Notes: generated by a model not told the origin, from the letters alone. DNA of 64,000 nucleotides from an uncultured delta proteobacterium (GCA_963696385.1 CAVOKF010000004.1:448001-512000); one strand, 5' to 3'. Shown: positions 39,847 to 50,988, counted from the stretch's first letter. A program made the numbers and translations.

Positions 39847-41196
39847 TCAGTCTGCGGATGCGTCTGTCACAACGATTCCACCGTCAACCGGCGTCCCGAT
39901 TGCGCCGGGGACCGCCATAACTCCTCCGAGCGACGACGGGGTCGTGATGACCTCGACCGGTGTCCACTCGTCAGTCCCCGCCGCGTAGGCGAACCGGTCG
40001 ATGACGTTGGTCGTCAGGTGCCCCGAGGTGAAGAGCTCCGTGCCATCCGGGCTGAATGCGAAAGCGACTGCGCCGGTGGCTCCGAAGCTGTCTTTGGCCG
40101 TCAGTGCCCCGCCCGCGCCGATGGTGAACCGGTAGACCGAGTTGACGTCGACCGCGGCGACATAGAGCTCGCTGTTTTCGACGGCCATGTAGAACAGGCG
40201 CGGCGCCGAAGAGACCGTCGCCGCGACCGTGACCGTCCCGCTGGTGAGTACGTATTGGCGGATGGTGCTGTCGGTCACGCCGCCCGATGTGGCGTAGATC
40301 GAATTGCCGTCCGGGGCCACGGCGAGGCCCTGAGTGGGCGCATTGCCCAAGGTCCCATTGGCGACGGCGTTGTCCCCGTTGTCGAAGGTGAACCGAGAGA
40401 TCGCCGGACCACCCGTCGGGGTGACGCCGTTGGTCTCCGCGAAGTTGGCGGCGAACAGCTCGCCCGTGGTTGGGTGAAAGACGAGCTCGCCGACCTCGTT
40501 CAGGCCGTTGCCGGTGATCGTTCCGTTCGGCGTGATGGCTCCGCTCACGGGGTCGTATTTGAACCGCGAGATGCTTCCGGCCACGCCACCCGGTGCGATG
40601 TTTCCGAAACGATTGCCAACGAAGATCTCGGAGGAAGTGGCCCGGAACGCCAGGCCGATGGGATCGGAAACGAGGCTCTGGTCGATCCCAGCGACCGCGA
40701 CTGGAGGTGCGCCGCTGCCCGCGACCGTGAAGCGCAGCACGCCTTCCCAGAGGTTCTGCGCGATGGTGGGGCCGGGAGGGCTCTCGGTGACGAATAGCGA
40801 GTAGCCCGTGATGCCGCCGTCGCCGGCGTCAACCGGGGTCGTGGCGTCGGCGACGCCGCCGTCGCCCGAGCCTGCACCGTCGCTCTGCGCGCTGTCGCCC
40901 GAGCCAACGTCCGTCGCTTGTGCGCCGTCCGACATCGGCCCGTCCCCGACGGTGGCGTCGGGGACGCCGCCATCGCCCGAGCCTACACCGTCGCTCTGCA
41001 CGCTGTCGCCCGAGCCACCATCCGTCGCTTGTGGGCCTTCCGGGCCCCCGCCATCCGGCGAGCCGGCGTCTGGGGTGCTGGCGTCTGGCCCGCCGCCCCC
41101 GCCGCTGGAGCTGCAGCCCGCAAGCGTCACGGCTGCCGAGAGTGCAAAGCCCGCGGCGCTCATCCGAGTTATTCCGTATCGAATCAACATGTTCAT
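39847..41196 (-). CDS. Beta-propeller (lactonase/YncE-like) lipoprotein
   Basis: Lipobox LAGC; DAG-rich linker; blades DPIGLAF, TQGLAVAPDG, AFAFSPDG. Confidence 0.7.
   Translation of the reverse strand: MNMLIRYGITRMSAAGFALSAAVTLAGCSSSGGGGGPDASTPDAGSPDGGGPEGPQATDGGSGDSVQSDGVGSGDGGVPDATVGDGPMSDGAQATDVGSGDSAQSDGAGSGDGGVADATTPVDAGDGGITGYSLFVTESPPGPTIAQNLWEGVLRFTVAGSGAPPVAVAGIDQSLVSDPIGLAFRATSSEIFVGNRFGNIAPGGVAGSISRFKYDPVSGAITPNGTITGNGLNEVGELVFHPTTGELFAANFAETNGVTPTGGPAISRFTFDNGDNAVANGTLGNAPTQGLAVAPDGNSIYATSGGVTDSTIRQYVLTSGTVTVAATVSSAPRLFYMAVENSELYVAAVDVNSVYRFTIGAGGALTAKDSFGATGAVAFAFSPDGTELFTSGHLTTNVIDRFAYAAGTDEWTPVEVITTPSSLGGVMAVPGAIGTPVDGGIVVTDASAD
40850..41040. repeat. 111-bp (37-aa) imperfect duplication in the lipoprotein linker
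   Basis: QATD.GSGDS.QSDG.GSGDGGV.DAT occurs twice. Confidence 0.75.
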
Positions 41197-41289
41197 TTCT
41201 TTCTAGGGTCGCCGCGCCTCACCAAGAGAACGCCAAGGATGCTCACGTAACCGCATTCGTACCCAGCCGTCCAGCGTCGGGAACGCGGC

Positions 41290-41803
41290 TCACATCCCGA
41301 GGAGATTCAGCCCGAGCGTTACGAGGCCGGAAAAGAGCATGAACGTGGCCAGCCGTGTCGCCTTCTTCGCCGTGGGCTCACCCGCATCGCGCAGCGCTTT
41401 CGTTGCCGCCCGCCAGTAGAGGTAGGTGCCAAGGACCACCAGGGCCAATTCGAGCGAAGCGGACGCTACGGGAATGCGCCACAAGCCGAGGCCGAGTCGC
41501 GGAAGGTTGCACGCATTGCCGGGCAGAAGAGGCATGTCGGCGCGATGGACCAACAGGTCCAGCACCCAGTGCGCGAAAGCACGGCCCCCGCGAGCACTGC
41601 GCCGTTGCGCCCACCCCAAAACCACGCGGCCGCAAGGCCGAACGTTACCGCGATGACCAAGGCACCGAGCAGCGAATGCGTGTAATCGGCGTCGATGATC
41701 CCCTCGCCGTACCCGGGATGCGGCGCGGCATCAGCGACCAGAGCGGGACCTGGGGCTCGCGCGACTTCACCACGGCCGCAAACCCGAAGTGTCCGGCGAT
41801 CAC
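41290..41803 (-). pseudogene. Degraded membrane-bound metal-dependent hydrolase-like gene
   Basis: Pieces in three frames: IAGHFGFAAVVKSREPQVPLWSLM / ADYTHSL / HWVLDLLVHRADMP. Confidence 0.65.
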
Positions 41804-42408
41804 GATCGTACCGGCCTCGCGGATTCGGCCATGGGAGTCGGGAGTCGAGCATGCCGACGACGCCCACGAAAAGAACCACACCGAGGATGAACGACATGGG
41901 ACCCTCACCTGAATCAGGACGCTCAAAGCGTACGTGTCGGTTCGAGGACTACCCGGCGGAACGACCTTACCTCGCTCAGGCGATTCGCCGCCCGAGATTC
42001 AGAGCGCGCCGACCGTCAGGGCGCGCGCTCAGGGTTTCGGTCCCATCCTTTTTCTGATCCCTCCCCTTGCAGCGGAAGCCATGCGTCCGCAGTTTACGTC
42101 GGACGTGGGGTTCGGACGCTCCGATCCCATCGTTACGACGCAGCGCGGCCCGAGACGCAACGATTGGGACATGAAGGAGGCGTTGTCGTGGGGCAATATT
42201 CACATTTCGACCGGAGGCGAAACGCGCCCGTCCGCGGGGCTTCGCAGCCGTCACGCTTTTCATAGGTGCCCAAGCCAAGACGCGATCGTCGGCCACGCCA
42301 CTCACGAGCGCGGCATCGTCGTCGTCGATTCTCGAAACGCCTCCGCTCTCCGAGGTCTCGTGGACCGACGAAGAAGCCCCGCAAATTCTCGAGAGGGACG
42401 TCGACCAC

Positions 42409-42846
42409 GTGCTTGCCACGTGGCACCAAGTGGTCATCGTGGTTTGGCGCCGCGAGACGACACCGCACGCCATCGAACGGCTGGGTCGGGCTCTTTGTGC
42501 CCTGAAAGACGCCACGGGCCATGTGCCGGGGCTCTTCATGATCGTCGAGGAAAACGCTCCGCTGCCATCTGGCGAGGCGCGCGCGGTCAGCGCCGCCGTG
42601 CTGCGAAAGATGCCGCTCGCGTTCTCCGTCGTGACGTTCGAAGGCGTCGGCTTCCGCGCCGCGGCGGTCCGCGCGGTGGTCGCAGGGATCTCGCTTCTTG
42701 CGAAGGTGCCCTATCCGCACAAATCCTTTGGCTGCATCGAAGATGCTGCAATCTGGGTCGCGATGCATGGCGGGCAGGGCAAAGCCTCGGTAGGGAGCAA
42801 GGCTCTCACGGTCGCTGTGCACGGCGCCCAGCGAGCGCATGGGTAG
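42409..42846 (+). CDS. Myxobacterial STAS/SEC14-like hypothetical protein (start uncertain)
   Basis: WHQVVIVVW...P.GEAR...EGVGFRAAAVRAVV...F..IEDAAIW. Confidence 0.5.
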   Translation: MLATWHQVVIVVWRRETTPHAIERLGRALCALKDATGHVPGLFMIVEENAPLPSGEARAVSAAVLRKMPLAFSVVTFEGVGFRAAAVRAVVAGISLLAKVPYPHKSFGCIEDAAIWVAMHGGQGKASVGSKALTVAVHGAQRAHG

Positions 42847-42937
42847 GAGTCGCGCCATACCCGGTCGGGCTCGCGGTTTGCCGGGCGTCGATCGAAGTGG
42901 TGAACCCTGAGCGGGCCGGGCGGTATGGAGACAGCAG

Positions 42938-44338
42938 ATGGGCCCTCTCCATAGCTGCATCCTGACCCTCGCGCTGGTGGCGGTCCTGGCGCTCGTACCG
43001 GGCTGCGCACGAAGGCCCTACCTCCACTGGCAGGGTGGTGATGTTTTCGGCGTCTTCGAGGCGGACGGACGATCTCCGTCTCGAATCGACTGCCCTGGCA
43101 CGACGGCGGAACGCTTTGCGTGCTTCGCCGCGAGGGCGCGCGAGCGGGCAGGGGAGAGGAGCGGTGCCCTCGCGGTCGTCACCGGCGACGGCGCGCTTCT
43201 CCAGACCACGACGACGGAGCCCGGGCAAACCGTCCTAACCACGTCAGAGACGCTGTTCCCGCTCCTGTCGGTCACCAAGATGTTCACGGCCGCGACAGCC
43301 GTTTCGCTCGCTCAAGAGGGCATCCTCGATCTGCATCGACCGATCGCGAGCTACCTCCCGGAGCTCCACGCGGACACCGGGCTCGGGCGCGTCACGCTTC
43401 ACCAACTCCTCACACACACAGCCGGGCTCGTGGACGATCCCCACCGCCTCGCGGCGCAGTGTGAGGGCGGCGGCGACCTATCCGACGCCATCGCGCGCGC
43501 GCATCTCGGGGCGGAACCGGGCGCGGTGTACCTTTACTCGAACATCGGCTACGCCCTCGTGGGGCTCGTGGTCGAGCGAGCGACGTCGCGTCCCTTCGAG
43601 GACGTCGTGCGTGAACGCGTACTACTGCCGATGGGGATGACGACGGCGACGTTCAACTTCGCCTCGGTTTGGGTTCGCGGGCATCCCGAGGGCGGTGGCG
43701 GGGGCGGGCGGTGCAGGCTGACGGCTCCAGCCGGAGGGCTGATTGCGAGCGCGCGCGACCTCGCCCGATGGGCGCGCGCGATGAGCGAGCCCGCCACCCA
43801 TCCGCTGGGGCAACGGCTCGTCGAGGCGCTCACGACTCCGTACGTGGAGACCGGTGCGCGCCCTGGCGAGGCCTACGGCTATGGGGTCGCGATGATGAGA
43901 CGCGGGGGCGTATGGGTCTACAACCACAGCGGCGGCATCCAAGACTTCAGCGCGTTCGTGGCCTGGGTGCCCGCAAGACGCTTCGGCGCAGCTGCGATGA
44001 TGAACGCGGCGAACGCGGCGGGGGCCACGCCCTCGGTCGTCGTTCTTCGTGGGCTGAGCGTACTTTTGGACCTGCCCGACGATTGGAGAGCCAACGTCGA
44101 GGGCTCGCCTCGCCCCTTGAGCGCGTACGTCGGCACCTACGTCGATCGCAGGAGCTGGCTCGGTCGTCTGCGCGTCCGGCTCGACGGCACCGACCGGCTC
44201 GCGTTCGACTATCTCGACGGACCGCCGGCGCTGTTGCCGCCCACGTTTGCGTTCCGTTTCGTACCCGGAGACGGACGCGCGAGGTTCGTCGTCACAGGGT
44301 TGGGCGTCGGTGAACGTATCGCGAGTGCAGGCGAGTAG
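42938..44338 (+). CDS. Serine hydrolase (beta-lactamase family) lipoprotein
   Basis: VPGC lipobox; SVTK, LLTHTAG, YSN, HSG. Confidence 0.85.
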   Translation: MGPLHSCILTLALVAVLALVPGCARRPYLHWQGGDVFGVFEADGRSPSRIDCPGTTAERFACFAARARERAGERSGALAVVTGDGALLQTTTTEPGQTVLTTSETLFPLLSVTKMFTAATAVSLAQEGILDLHRPIASYLPELHADTGLGRVTLHQLLTHTAGLVDDPHRLAAQCEGGGDLSDAIARAHLGAEPGAVYLYSNIGYALVGLVVERATSRPFEDVVRERVLLPMGMTTATFNFASVWVRGHPEGGGGGGRCRLTAPAGGLIASARDLARWARAMSEPATHPLGQRLVEALTTPYVETGARPGEAYGYGVAMMRRGGVWVYNHSGGIQDFSAFVAWVPARRFGAAAMMNAANAAGATPSVVVLRGLSVLLDLPDDWRANVEGSPRPLSAYVGTYVDRRSWLGRLRVRLDGTDRLAFDYLDGPPALLPPTFAFRFVPGDGRARFVVTGLGVGERIASAGE

Positions 44339-44783
44339 ATGCCCGCACAAAGCCTGCCAGTCCACGAAGAGCTCAATAGGGACGGCGGTTTCATCGACAA
44401 CGAACGCCCGAAAGGGATCGGCAGGCCTTGCTCGCGCTACTGGCTCACCTTCCCCAAATGCATGGCAGCTCATCGCATCTCATTCCTTTCAGACCTAGCC
44501 TTGCCTCAGCCTTGCCTGGTCGCACTGGGTCGGCTATTCGGCCTATGATCGCCGCTTGGCTCGCACGTGGATCGATTCGCTCTGGTCCAATGCATCGTGC
44601 ACCGCTTCGATCGCCGAGCGCCTGGGGGGTACGCCGGTCCCCGTGAAGACGCAGGCGACCCCCCTCTACCCGTTCGTTCCATCGGGTCCGAACTTCGCCC
44701 TGGCCCTCGACTTCTTCGCTGCGCTCGGCTTCGAGAGGACTTGGGCGTTTGCTGGCATGTCCGCCAAAGGCGCAGCTGAGGCC

Positions 44784-45233
44784 ATGACCGAACGATCTCG
44801 AAAGGCAACGCCGAGACTGACCGTGGTCACGCTCGGCGTCTCCAATGTCGCAAGGTCTCGGCGCTTCTACTGCGAGGGACTGGGCTTCGTGGCGTCGAGC
44901 GCTACCAGCGAGCACATCGTCTTCATTGACGCGGGCGACGTCGTCCTGGGCCTCTACCCGCGCGACCTGCTTGCCGAAGATGCGCAGGTCTCGGCGAAGG
45001 GATCTGGTTTCGGCGGCATCACCCTCGCGCGCAACGTCGGCACGAAAGGCGAGGTCGATGCCGCGATCGACGCGGCGCGAAAGGCGGGCGCCAAGATCCT
45101 CAAGCCCGCGCAGGAAGTCTTCTGGGGCGGCTACTCCGGCTACTTCGCTGACCCCGATGGCCATCCCTGGGAGGTAGCCTACAACCCGCACTGGAAGCTC
45201 GACGGCAAAGGGCGCGTGCTGCTCCCTCGCTGA
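44784..45233 (+). CDS. VOC/glyoxalase family protein
   Basis: TLGV.....SRRFY...LG, FWGGYSGYFADPDGHPWEVAYNP. Confidence 0.88.
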   Translation: MTERSRKATPRLTVVTLGVSNVARSRRFYCEGLGFVASSATSEHIVFIDAGDVVLGLYPRDLLAEDAQVSAKGSGFGGITLARNVGTKGEVDAAIDAARKAGAKILKPAQEVFWGGYSGYFADPDGHPWEVAYNPHWKLDGKGRVLLPR

Positions 45234-45270
45234 CCGCTGCAAGCTTTCACACCTACCGAGGGGAGAGATC

Positions 45271-46482
45271 ATGCGTGTACTGCTGTCATCGGTCGGGACC
45301 CGTGGCGACGTGCAGCCGATCGTCGCTCTCGCCTTGGCGCTGAGTGACCTCGGTCAGGAGGTCCGGCTGTGCGTCCCCCCCAACTTTGTCGAGTGGGCTC
45401 GCGGCTTCGGCTTCGAAGCGGTTCCGGTCGGCGTTGAGATGCGGCTTCCGGTCCGCAGCGGGGCTCCGGCGGCGCCGCTCATGGCGGAGGAGATCCGACG
45501 CATCCGCGAATCGATGCCGGATCTGATCGCCGACCAGTTCGACGTCGTCGGCGCCGCAGCGAACGGGTGCGATGTGATTCTCGGCGCGAATGCGCACCAG
45601 TACGCGGCACGGACGATCGGCGAATTGCGTCGAATCCGCTACGTGACCGCCCTCTACGCGCCGGTGACTATCCCCTCGCCGGATCACGCGCCACCGCCCG
45701 CCCCCGGCGAGAAGTGGGCACTCGGAGATGCTGCGACCAACGCGCATCGCTGGGCTGAAAATGTCCGCGCCTGGAACGACCGCGCGCTTGAGCGCGTCAA
45801 CCACAACCGCGCGCGGCTCGGGCTGACGCCCATCGACGACGTGCTTCGCTACAACCTGACCGGCGCTCCGTGGCTTGCCGCCGACTCTGTCCTGGCCCCG
45901 CTCCCGACAACTATAGGGGTTGACGTCTTTGCGACCGGCGCTTGGGTTCTCGCGGATTCGACCCCCGTGGCGCCAGAGGTCGAAGAGTTTCTGGCTAGGG
46001 GAGAGCCGCCGATCTATCTCGGCTTCGGCAGCATGCCCGCCCCCGAGGGCGCGAGCCGCGTACTTCTCGACGCAGTGAGAGCAGTGGGGCGCCGGGCGAT
46101 CCTCTCGCGGGGCTGGGCGGAGCTCGATTTGATCGATGAGGCGCCGGACTGCATCGTGGTTGGCGACATCAATCACCAAGCACTGTTTCCGCGCGTCGCG
46201 GCTGTCGTTCATCACGGTGGGGCAGGTACGACCGCTTGCGCCGCTCGTGCCGGAGTACCGCAGGCGGTGGTGCCGATGTTCAGCGACCAGTTCTATTGGG
46301 CCAGCCGCGTCCGCGCGCTCGGGATCGGCACGAGCGTTGTGGGACCCCTCGCCACCGAAACCCTGGCGACAACGCTACGAGCGGTACTGGAGCCGGAGTT
46401 CGCCTCGCGCTCTCGGTGCCTTGCGCAGCAGCTCCGATCGGATGGCGCAATGGTTGCCGCTCGGCGACTTGTGAGCCTGTAG
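45271..46482 (+). CDS. GT1/GT28-type glycosyltransferase (Gtf/Rgt-like)
   Basis: MRVLLSSVGTRGDVQP, GFGSM, HHGGAGTT, DQFYWA. Confidence 0.88.
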   Translation: MRVLLSSVGTRGDVQPIVALALALSDLGQEVRLCVPPNFVEWARGFGFEAVPVGVEMRLPVRSGAPAAPLMAEEIRRIRESMPDLIADQFDVVGAAANGCDVILGANAHQYAARTIGELRRIRYVTALYAPVTIPSPDHAPPPAPGEKWALGDAATNAHRWAENVRAWNDRALERVNHNRARLGLTPIDDVLRYNLTGAPWLAADSVLAPLPTTIGVDVFATGAWVLADSTPVAPEVEEFLARGEPPIYLGFGSMPAPEGASRVLLDAVRAVGRRAILSRGWAELDLIDEAPDCIVVGDINHQALFPRVAAVVHHGGAGTTACAARAGVPQAVVPMFSDQFYWASRVRALGIGTSVVGPLATETLATTLRAVLEPEFASRSRCLAQQLRSDGAMVAARRLVSL

Positions 46483-46700
46483 TCGTTCAAAAGCGGAGCG
46501 ACTTGTGGACGCCGGACGCCGATTACGACCATGTTGCGCATGGTCGAAGAACCGTAGCCATCGGTCGCGGTCATAGTGTGGCAAGACCGCATAACGCCCC
46601 CCCGAAGGCGCGTCGCGGCGCTCGCCGCGCGTCGCGTTCCTGACCCCTGGCGCGCGGCCTGGCACTCTGGCGGCCGTCGGCGGTATCGTGCGTCGCCGAC

Positions 46701-47072
46701 ATGGCCATCTTCCACATCCTCGGCCGCGACGAATGGCAGCGCGCCGCGACCGCCGGGACGTATGCGCCCGCCGGCCTCGCGAAGGAGGGATTCATTCACT
46801 TCAGCACGGAGCGCCAGCTCTTGCGGACAGCCGATCGTTTCTTTGCGGGTCGGGACGACCTCGTCGTGGTTTCGGTCCGCGAGGACCGCCTGACCCGTCC
46901 TCTTCGATTCGAAGTTGCCCACGGCGAACCCTTCCCGCATGTGTACGGCGCTCTCGATCTGGATGCCGTGGTCGAGGTCGTGACATTGCCGTTGGTGAAC
47001 GGTCGCCACGAGATCCCGCAGGCGTGGGCGGGGCGACGCCTCTTCGTGCGGGCCCCTGTGGACACGGGGTAA
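46701..47072 (+). CDS. DUF952 family protein
   Basis: IFHI....W, EGFIHFST, FPHVYG. Confidence 0.85.
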   Translation: MAIFHILGRDEWQRAATAGTYAPAGLAKEGFIHFSTERQLLRTADRFFAGRDDLVVVSVREDRLTRPLRFEVAHGEPFPHVYGALDLDAVVEVVTLPLVNGRHEIPQAWAGRRLFVRAPVDTG

Positions 47073-47221
47073 CGATGAAACTGAGCTGGGCGCCCCTGCC
47101 GAGTACTAGACCTGGGCTTCGGGCCCCTCACGAGATCCCCGCGGACGACGCGCGGACGAGCGGCGGACCCGACGATGCGCGCGAATGGTCCTCGGTCCCT
47201 CCAAGGAAAAGAGCAATACCC

Positions 47222-47992
47222 ATGCCGACGTGGAACACCGAACAGTATCTGCGCTTCGTCAACGAACGCACCCGTCCGTGCCGTGACCTGGTCACCGCGA
47301 TTGCCGTCGAAGCGCCGCGCCGGATCGTCGACCTCGGATGCGGGCCGGGAAACAGCACTGCCGTGCTGGCAGCCCGCTGGCCGGCGGCGGAAATTACCGG
47401 CCTCGACAACTCGGAAGCCATGATTACCGAGGCCCGACGGAATGCGCCGAACGTCACCTGGCTGACGGAAGACATCGGGGCATGGACCAGCGACACGCCG
47501 TACCCCATTGTCTTCTCCAACGCTGCGCTCCAATGGGTCCCCCATCACGAAGTTCTCTATCCGCGGCTCCTCGGATTGACTGCGCCGGGAGGCGCATTCG
47601 CCGCTCAAGTACCGTGCAACTTTCGCGCGGAGGCTCATGAGGCAATGCGCGCGATGGCCGCACTGCCCGTATGGCAATCCTATTTCAAGGGCGGTGTCGG
47701 CGAATGGCATGTCCACCCCCCTTCTTTCTACTACGACGTGATGGCCCCACACGCGACGCGGCTCGACATCTGGGAGACCGAGTATCTCCACGTCATGGCG
47801 GGGCCTTGGGCCATCGTTGAGTGGTACAAGGGTACCGGCCTCCGCCCCTTTCTCGATCGCCTTCCGGACGAAAGCGTGCGCAACCGGTTCTTGGCTGAGT
47901 ATCTCGAGGCCGTGACTGCTGCCTATCCTGCGCAGCCCGACGGCCGCGTGCTGTTTCCGTTCCGGCGGATGTTCATCATCGCGTACCGCTAG
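47222..47992 (+). CDS. tam: Trans-aconitate 2-methyltransferase
   Basis: W...QYLRF..ERTRP..DL, DLGCGPGNST, NAALQW, GTGLRPFL, FPFRR.F. Confidence 0.88.
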   Translation: MPTWNTEQYLRFVNERTRPCRDLVTAIAVEAPRRIVDLGCGPGNSTAVLAARWPAAEITGLDNSEAMITEARRNAPNVTWLTEDIGAWTSDTPYPIVFSNAALQWVPHHEVLYPRLLGLTAPGGAFAAQVPCNFRAEAHEAMRAMAALPVWQSYFKGGVGEWHVHPPSFYYDVMAPHATRLDIWETEYLHVMAGPWAIVEWYKGTGLRPFLDRLPDESVRNRFLAEYLEAVTAAYPAQPDGRVLFPFRRMFIIAYR

Positions 47993-48000
47993 AGCAATGG

Positions 48001-48552
48001 GTGAACTATAAACTTTCGGCCATGCTCGATTTCAGGACGACTGTTCGCAGTATGGCGGCGGTGCTTCTGGTCGCATGTGCGTGCGACAAGCCCACTTCGA
48101 CGATCGCCGAGACAGCGGCCCCGTCCGCGAGCGGGGTCGCACCGGCGATCGCGACCCCCGCCGCGATTCCAAGGTCATGGCCCGTCGCAAGCGCGGCGGC
48201 CCAGGCTGGGGCCGACGTCGCGTCGCCGGACGCAATTATCGCGCAGCACGTACTCGTCGTCTACAAGGGCGCCAAGCGTGCGCCCAAGGGCGTGACCCGA
48301 ACGAAAGGCCAAGCGCGAGCGCGCGCCCAGGAGGCGCTCGACCAGATTCGTTCGGGCAGCCCGTTCGACGAGGTCGTCAAAGCCTTTTCGGACGACACGG
48401 GATCGGTCGACCGCATGGGAAGCCTCGGCAAGTTCCACAAGGGCGACATGGATCCGACCTTCGGCGCCGCCGCGTTCGCTCTTCGGGTCGGCCAGGTGAG
48501 CGACATCGTCGAAACCCCCTTCGGCTTTCATGTCATCAAGCGAACGCAGTAA
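48001..48552 (+). CDS. Parvulin-type peptidyl-prolyl isomerase (lipoprotein-like)
   Basis: QHVLV.YKG, FSDD, G.LG.F, VETPFGFHVIKR. Confidence 0.88.
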   Translation: MNYKLSAMLDFRTTVRSMAAVLLVACACDKPTSTIAETAAPSASGVAPAIATPAAIPRSWPVASAAAQAGADVASPDAIIAQHVLVVYKGAKRAPKGVTRTKGQARARAQEALDQIRSGSPFDEVVKAFSDDTGSVDRMGSLGKFHKGDMDPTFGAAAFALRVGQVSDIVETPFGFHVIKRTQ

Positions 48553-48785
48553 GCGCTTTGTGTCTGAATTCGCCGCAAACGAGCATCGGACTCCGCGCGT
48601 CCCTTCTCCCGGTCCCGCGCGGAGAACGAGCCGGATCGCGCTGCGTTCGCGAACGACGTTGCTGGCGGTCGTCGCGGCGGACCTGTCCTCGCGGAGCCTA
48701 TCATGATGCTTCGATGGATCACCCACGGGCCCGTCGCCGTGAAGACTTTCGGCGGCAAGAAGCGCGTACGAGGGGGAGCGTGACC

Positions 48786-49400
48786 ATGCGCGTCGGTCTT
48801 CAAGGTTGGGGTTCGGAGGGTGACTTACGACCGCTCATCGCGCTCGCTGCCCGTCTCCGCAGGAGCGGCCACGAAGCCAACCTGGTGCTCACGCCGGTGG
48901 ACGGCAAGGACTACCGTCCGCTTTGCGAATCACTCGACGTTGCGCTGAAGGTCGTGCCCGAGCGGATGGCGGTCACGCTTCAGCAGCTCGTGCGCGGCGC
49001 GAAGAGCAAAAACCCGACGAAGCTGAGCAATGCCGTGCTCGACTTGACGTTTTATCCATACATCGAAGCGATGTACGCGGCCTCGCTCGACTTGTGCGCC
49101 AGCTCGGATGTCGTGGTCGGCGGTTCGTCGTGCTGGCAGCTAAAGGCGGCGAGTCTGAACGCGAAGGTCCCGTTCGTCGCCCTCGACTTCGTTCCGGGCA
49201 TTGTTCCGTCGCGCGAGGTCCCTCCCGCCATCTTCCCCTCATGGCCCTGGCTCGCTCGACCCGCGTGGGCGCTTCTGGGTGTCATGTTCGACATGGCATT
49301 TCGCGAAGCGCCTCGAGTGTTCTTTGCCGAGAAGGGCCTCCCGCCCATCCGCCATACGATCCCTGACGTGATCTTCTCTGACCACCTCAACCTTCACGCA
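48786..49400 (+). pseudogene. GT1 glycosyltransferase N-terminal half only
   Basis: MRVGLQGWGSEGDLRPLIALA; similarity ends near LNLHAS; no HHGG donor-binding domain follows. Confidence 0.6.
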
Positions 49401-49630
49401 TCGGGATCTCGGCGCCGGAGCGGGAGGAGCGGCTCGTCAGCGGCGCCATGGCGCGTGGAGAGCCAGACGACGTCCGGGTCGATGCTTGCGCACGACGAGA
49501 TCCGCCTGAAGACCGAGGAACGACTCGATGAGCGTCATCGCGGCAAGTCGATCTCCTTCGTCGTCGTGATCGAAGAGGCCTCGTTTCGGAATATTCGTCG
49601 CACCATCCACCGCTCAGTGGCGACGCGCCT

Positions 49631-50077
49631 CTACCCCGCGGCGAGCGGAAGCTGCGCCGCTGGCCCCTGCCGTAGCGGTGCCCCTATGCTCAGGTCGCAC
49701 GGGCCCGCGCTGGGCAATCGCCGACTCTCAGGGCGCAGCGCCCAAGAGCTCGCGAGGATGCAGATGAGGACGATGGGCGCGATGACGTGGAACGCACCCC
49801 CCGCGTTGGCTGCCGACGCCACGACGGCGCCAGAGAGGTCTATGAAGATGCCGGCGTAGGCCAACTCCTTCACGAGCCGTAGGCCGGGCGCAAGCAGTGT
49901 CATGGCTCCGAGCACCTTCCAAACACCGAGCAATACGATGAAGTGCAGCGGGTAGCCGAGGGCCGTCATCCCTTCGACGGTTTGCGGCACCCGTAAAACT
50001 TGCGCGACGCCGCCCGATCCGATGCACAGCGCGATAAACGCGGTGCAGATCCAGTACGCAATCGATTTCCCCTTCAT
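49631..50077 (-). CDS. DoxX-like membrane protein
   Basis: YWICT, LGYP, LGVWKVLG, LVKELAYAG. Confidence 0.85.
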   Translation of the reverse strand: MKGKSIAYWICTAFIALCIGSGGVAQVLRVPQTVEGMTALGYPLHFIVLLGVWKVLGAMTLLAPGLRLVKELAYAGIFIDLSGAVVASAANAGGAFHVIAPIVLICILASSWALRPESRRLPSAGPCDLSIGAPLRQGPAAQLPLAAG

Positions 50078-50472
50078 GGTCGACGCTCCTTTCCGAAATC
50101 AAACCCAGGTCAGCTTTGCCGGCGATCGAGGGTGGCACCGAGATGGTCGAGCCCGTCACCGTGCTTGACGGTATCGTGAACCTCCCTCCACATCCCTTCA
50201 GTCATCCCTAATGACGAACGACAGAAGTTGAATGTGACCGACTCATCCCGGAGTCACGCGATTCGAGGACAACCGGCCCCCGTCTTGGCTGCTTCGCCGA
50301 CCCGCCAAAGCTAGGTCGGCCACGAACCGCAGCCGTTTGGCGCCGCAATGCTGCAAAGGTGGGTGCTTCATGGGCAAGGGAAGACCAGGAAAGCGTCGTT
50401 TTTCTTCAAGACGCGGACGCGCAAGGGGCGTACGCAATGAAGCATGGACGCTAGGCGGAGAAAGGCCTCACG

Positions 50473-50988
50473 GTGCCGTTGAACGTTTATGACGCTTCGG
50501 TAGGAGTGTTCCTGCGCGGCCTGACGAGCCTGAAGGTGCTCCTCACGAAGGGCGAGGCGCACGCGATCGCCACGGGGATGGCACCCGCGGAGCTGCTGGG
50601 CGCCGAGCTGGCGACCGGCATGTACGGCCTGACGTTGCAGGTGCACTGGGCGGCGCAAGGCGCGCAGATGGCCCTGGACCGGCTGGTCGGCGCGACGCCC
50701 GCGCCTCCCGTACCCGCCGACCCAGTGAAGAGCTTCGCGGAGCTGCATGGGCTCGTGGATGCGGCGCTCGCGCGTCTCGGCACCGTGGACGGAGCGGCGC
50801 TCGAGGCCGGCCTCGAGCGTACGATTGAGATCGCCCATCGCGGAAGCATCACGCGGTACACGGGGACGCAGTTCCTGCAGCAGTTCGCGGTGCCGAGTTT
50901 TTTCTTCCACCTCGTCGCTGCGTATGCGATCCTGCGGCACAAAGGCGTCCCGCTCACGAAGGGCGACTTCCTCGGACCGCAGGGATAG
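50473..50988 (+). CDS. DUF1993 family protein
   Basis: M..L..QV, P.FFFH...AYAILRH.GVPL.K.DFLG. Confidence 0.85.
   Translation: MPLNVYDASVGVFLRGLTSLKVLLTKGEAHAIATGMAPAELLGAELATGMYGLTLQVHWAAQGAQMALDRLVGATPAPPVPADPVKSFAELHGLVDAALARLGTVDGAALEAGLERTIEIAHRGSITRYTGTQFLQQFAVPSFFFHLVAAYAILRHKGVPLTKGDFLGPQG

Noticed and set aside
48075..49859. 594-aa ORF as a single protein
   Set aside because: Only 48786-49400 resembles a glycosyltransferase; the flanks overlap the parvulin and DoxX genes
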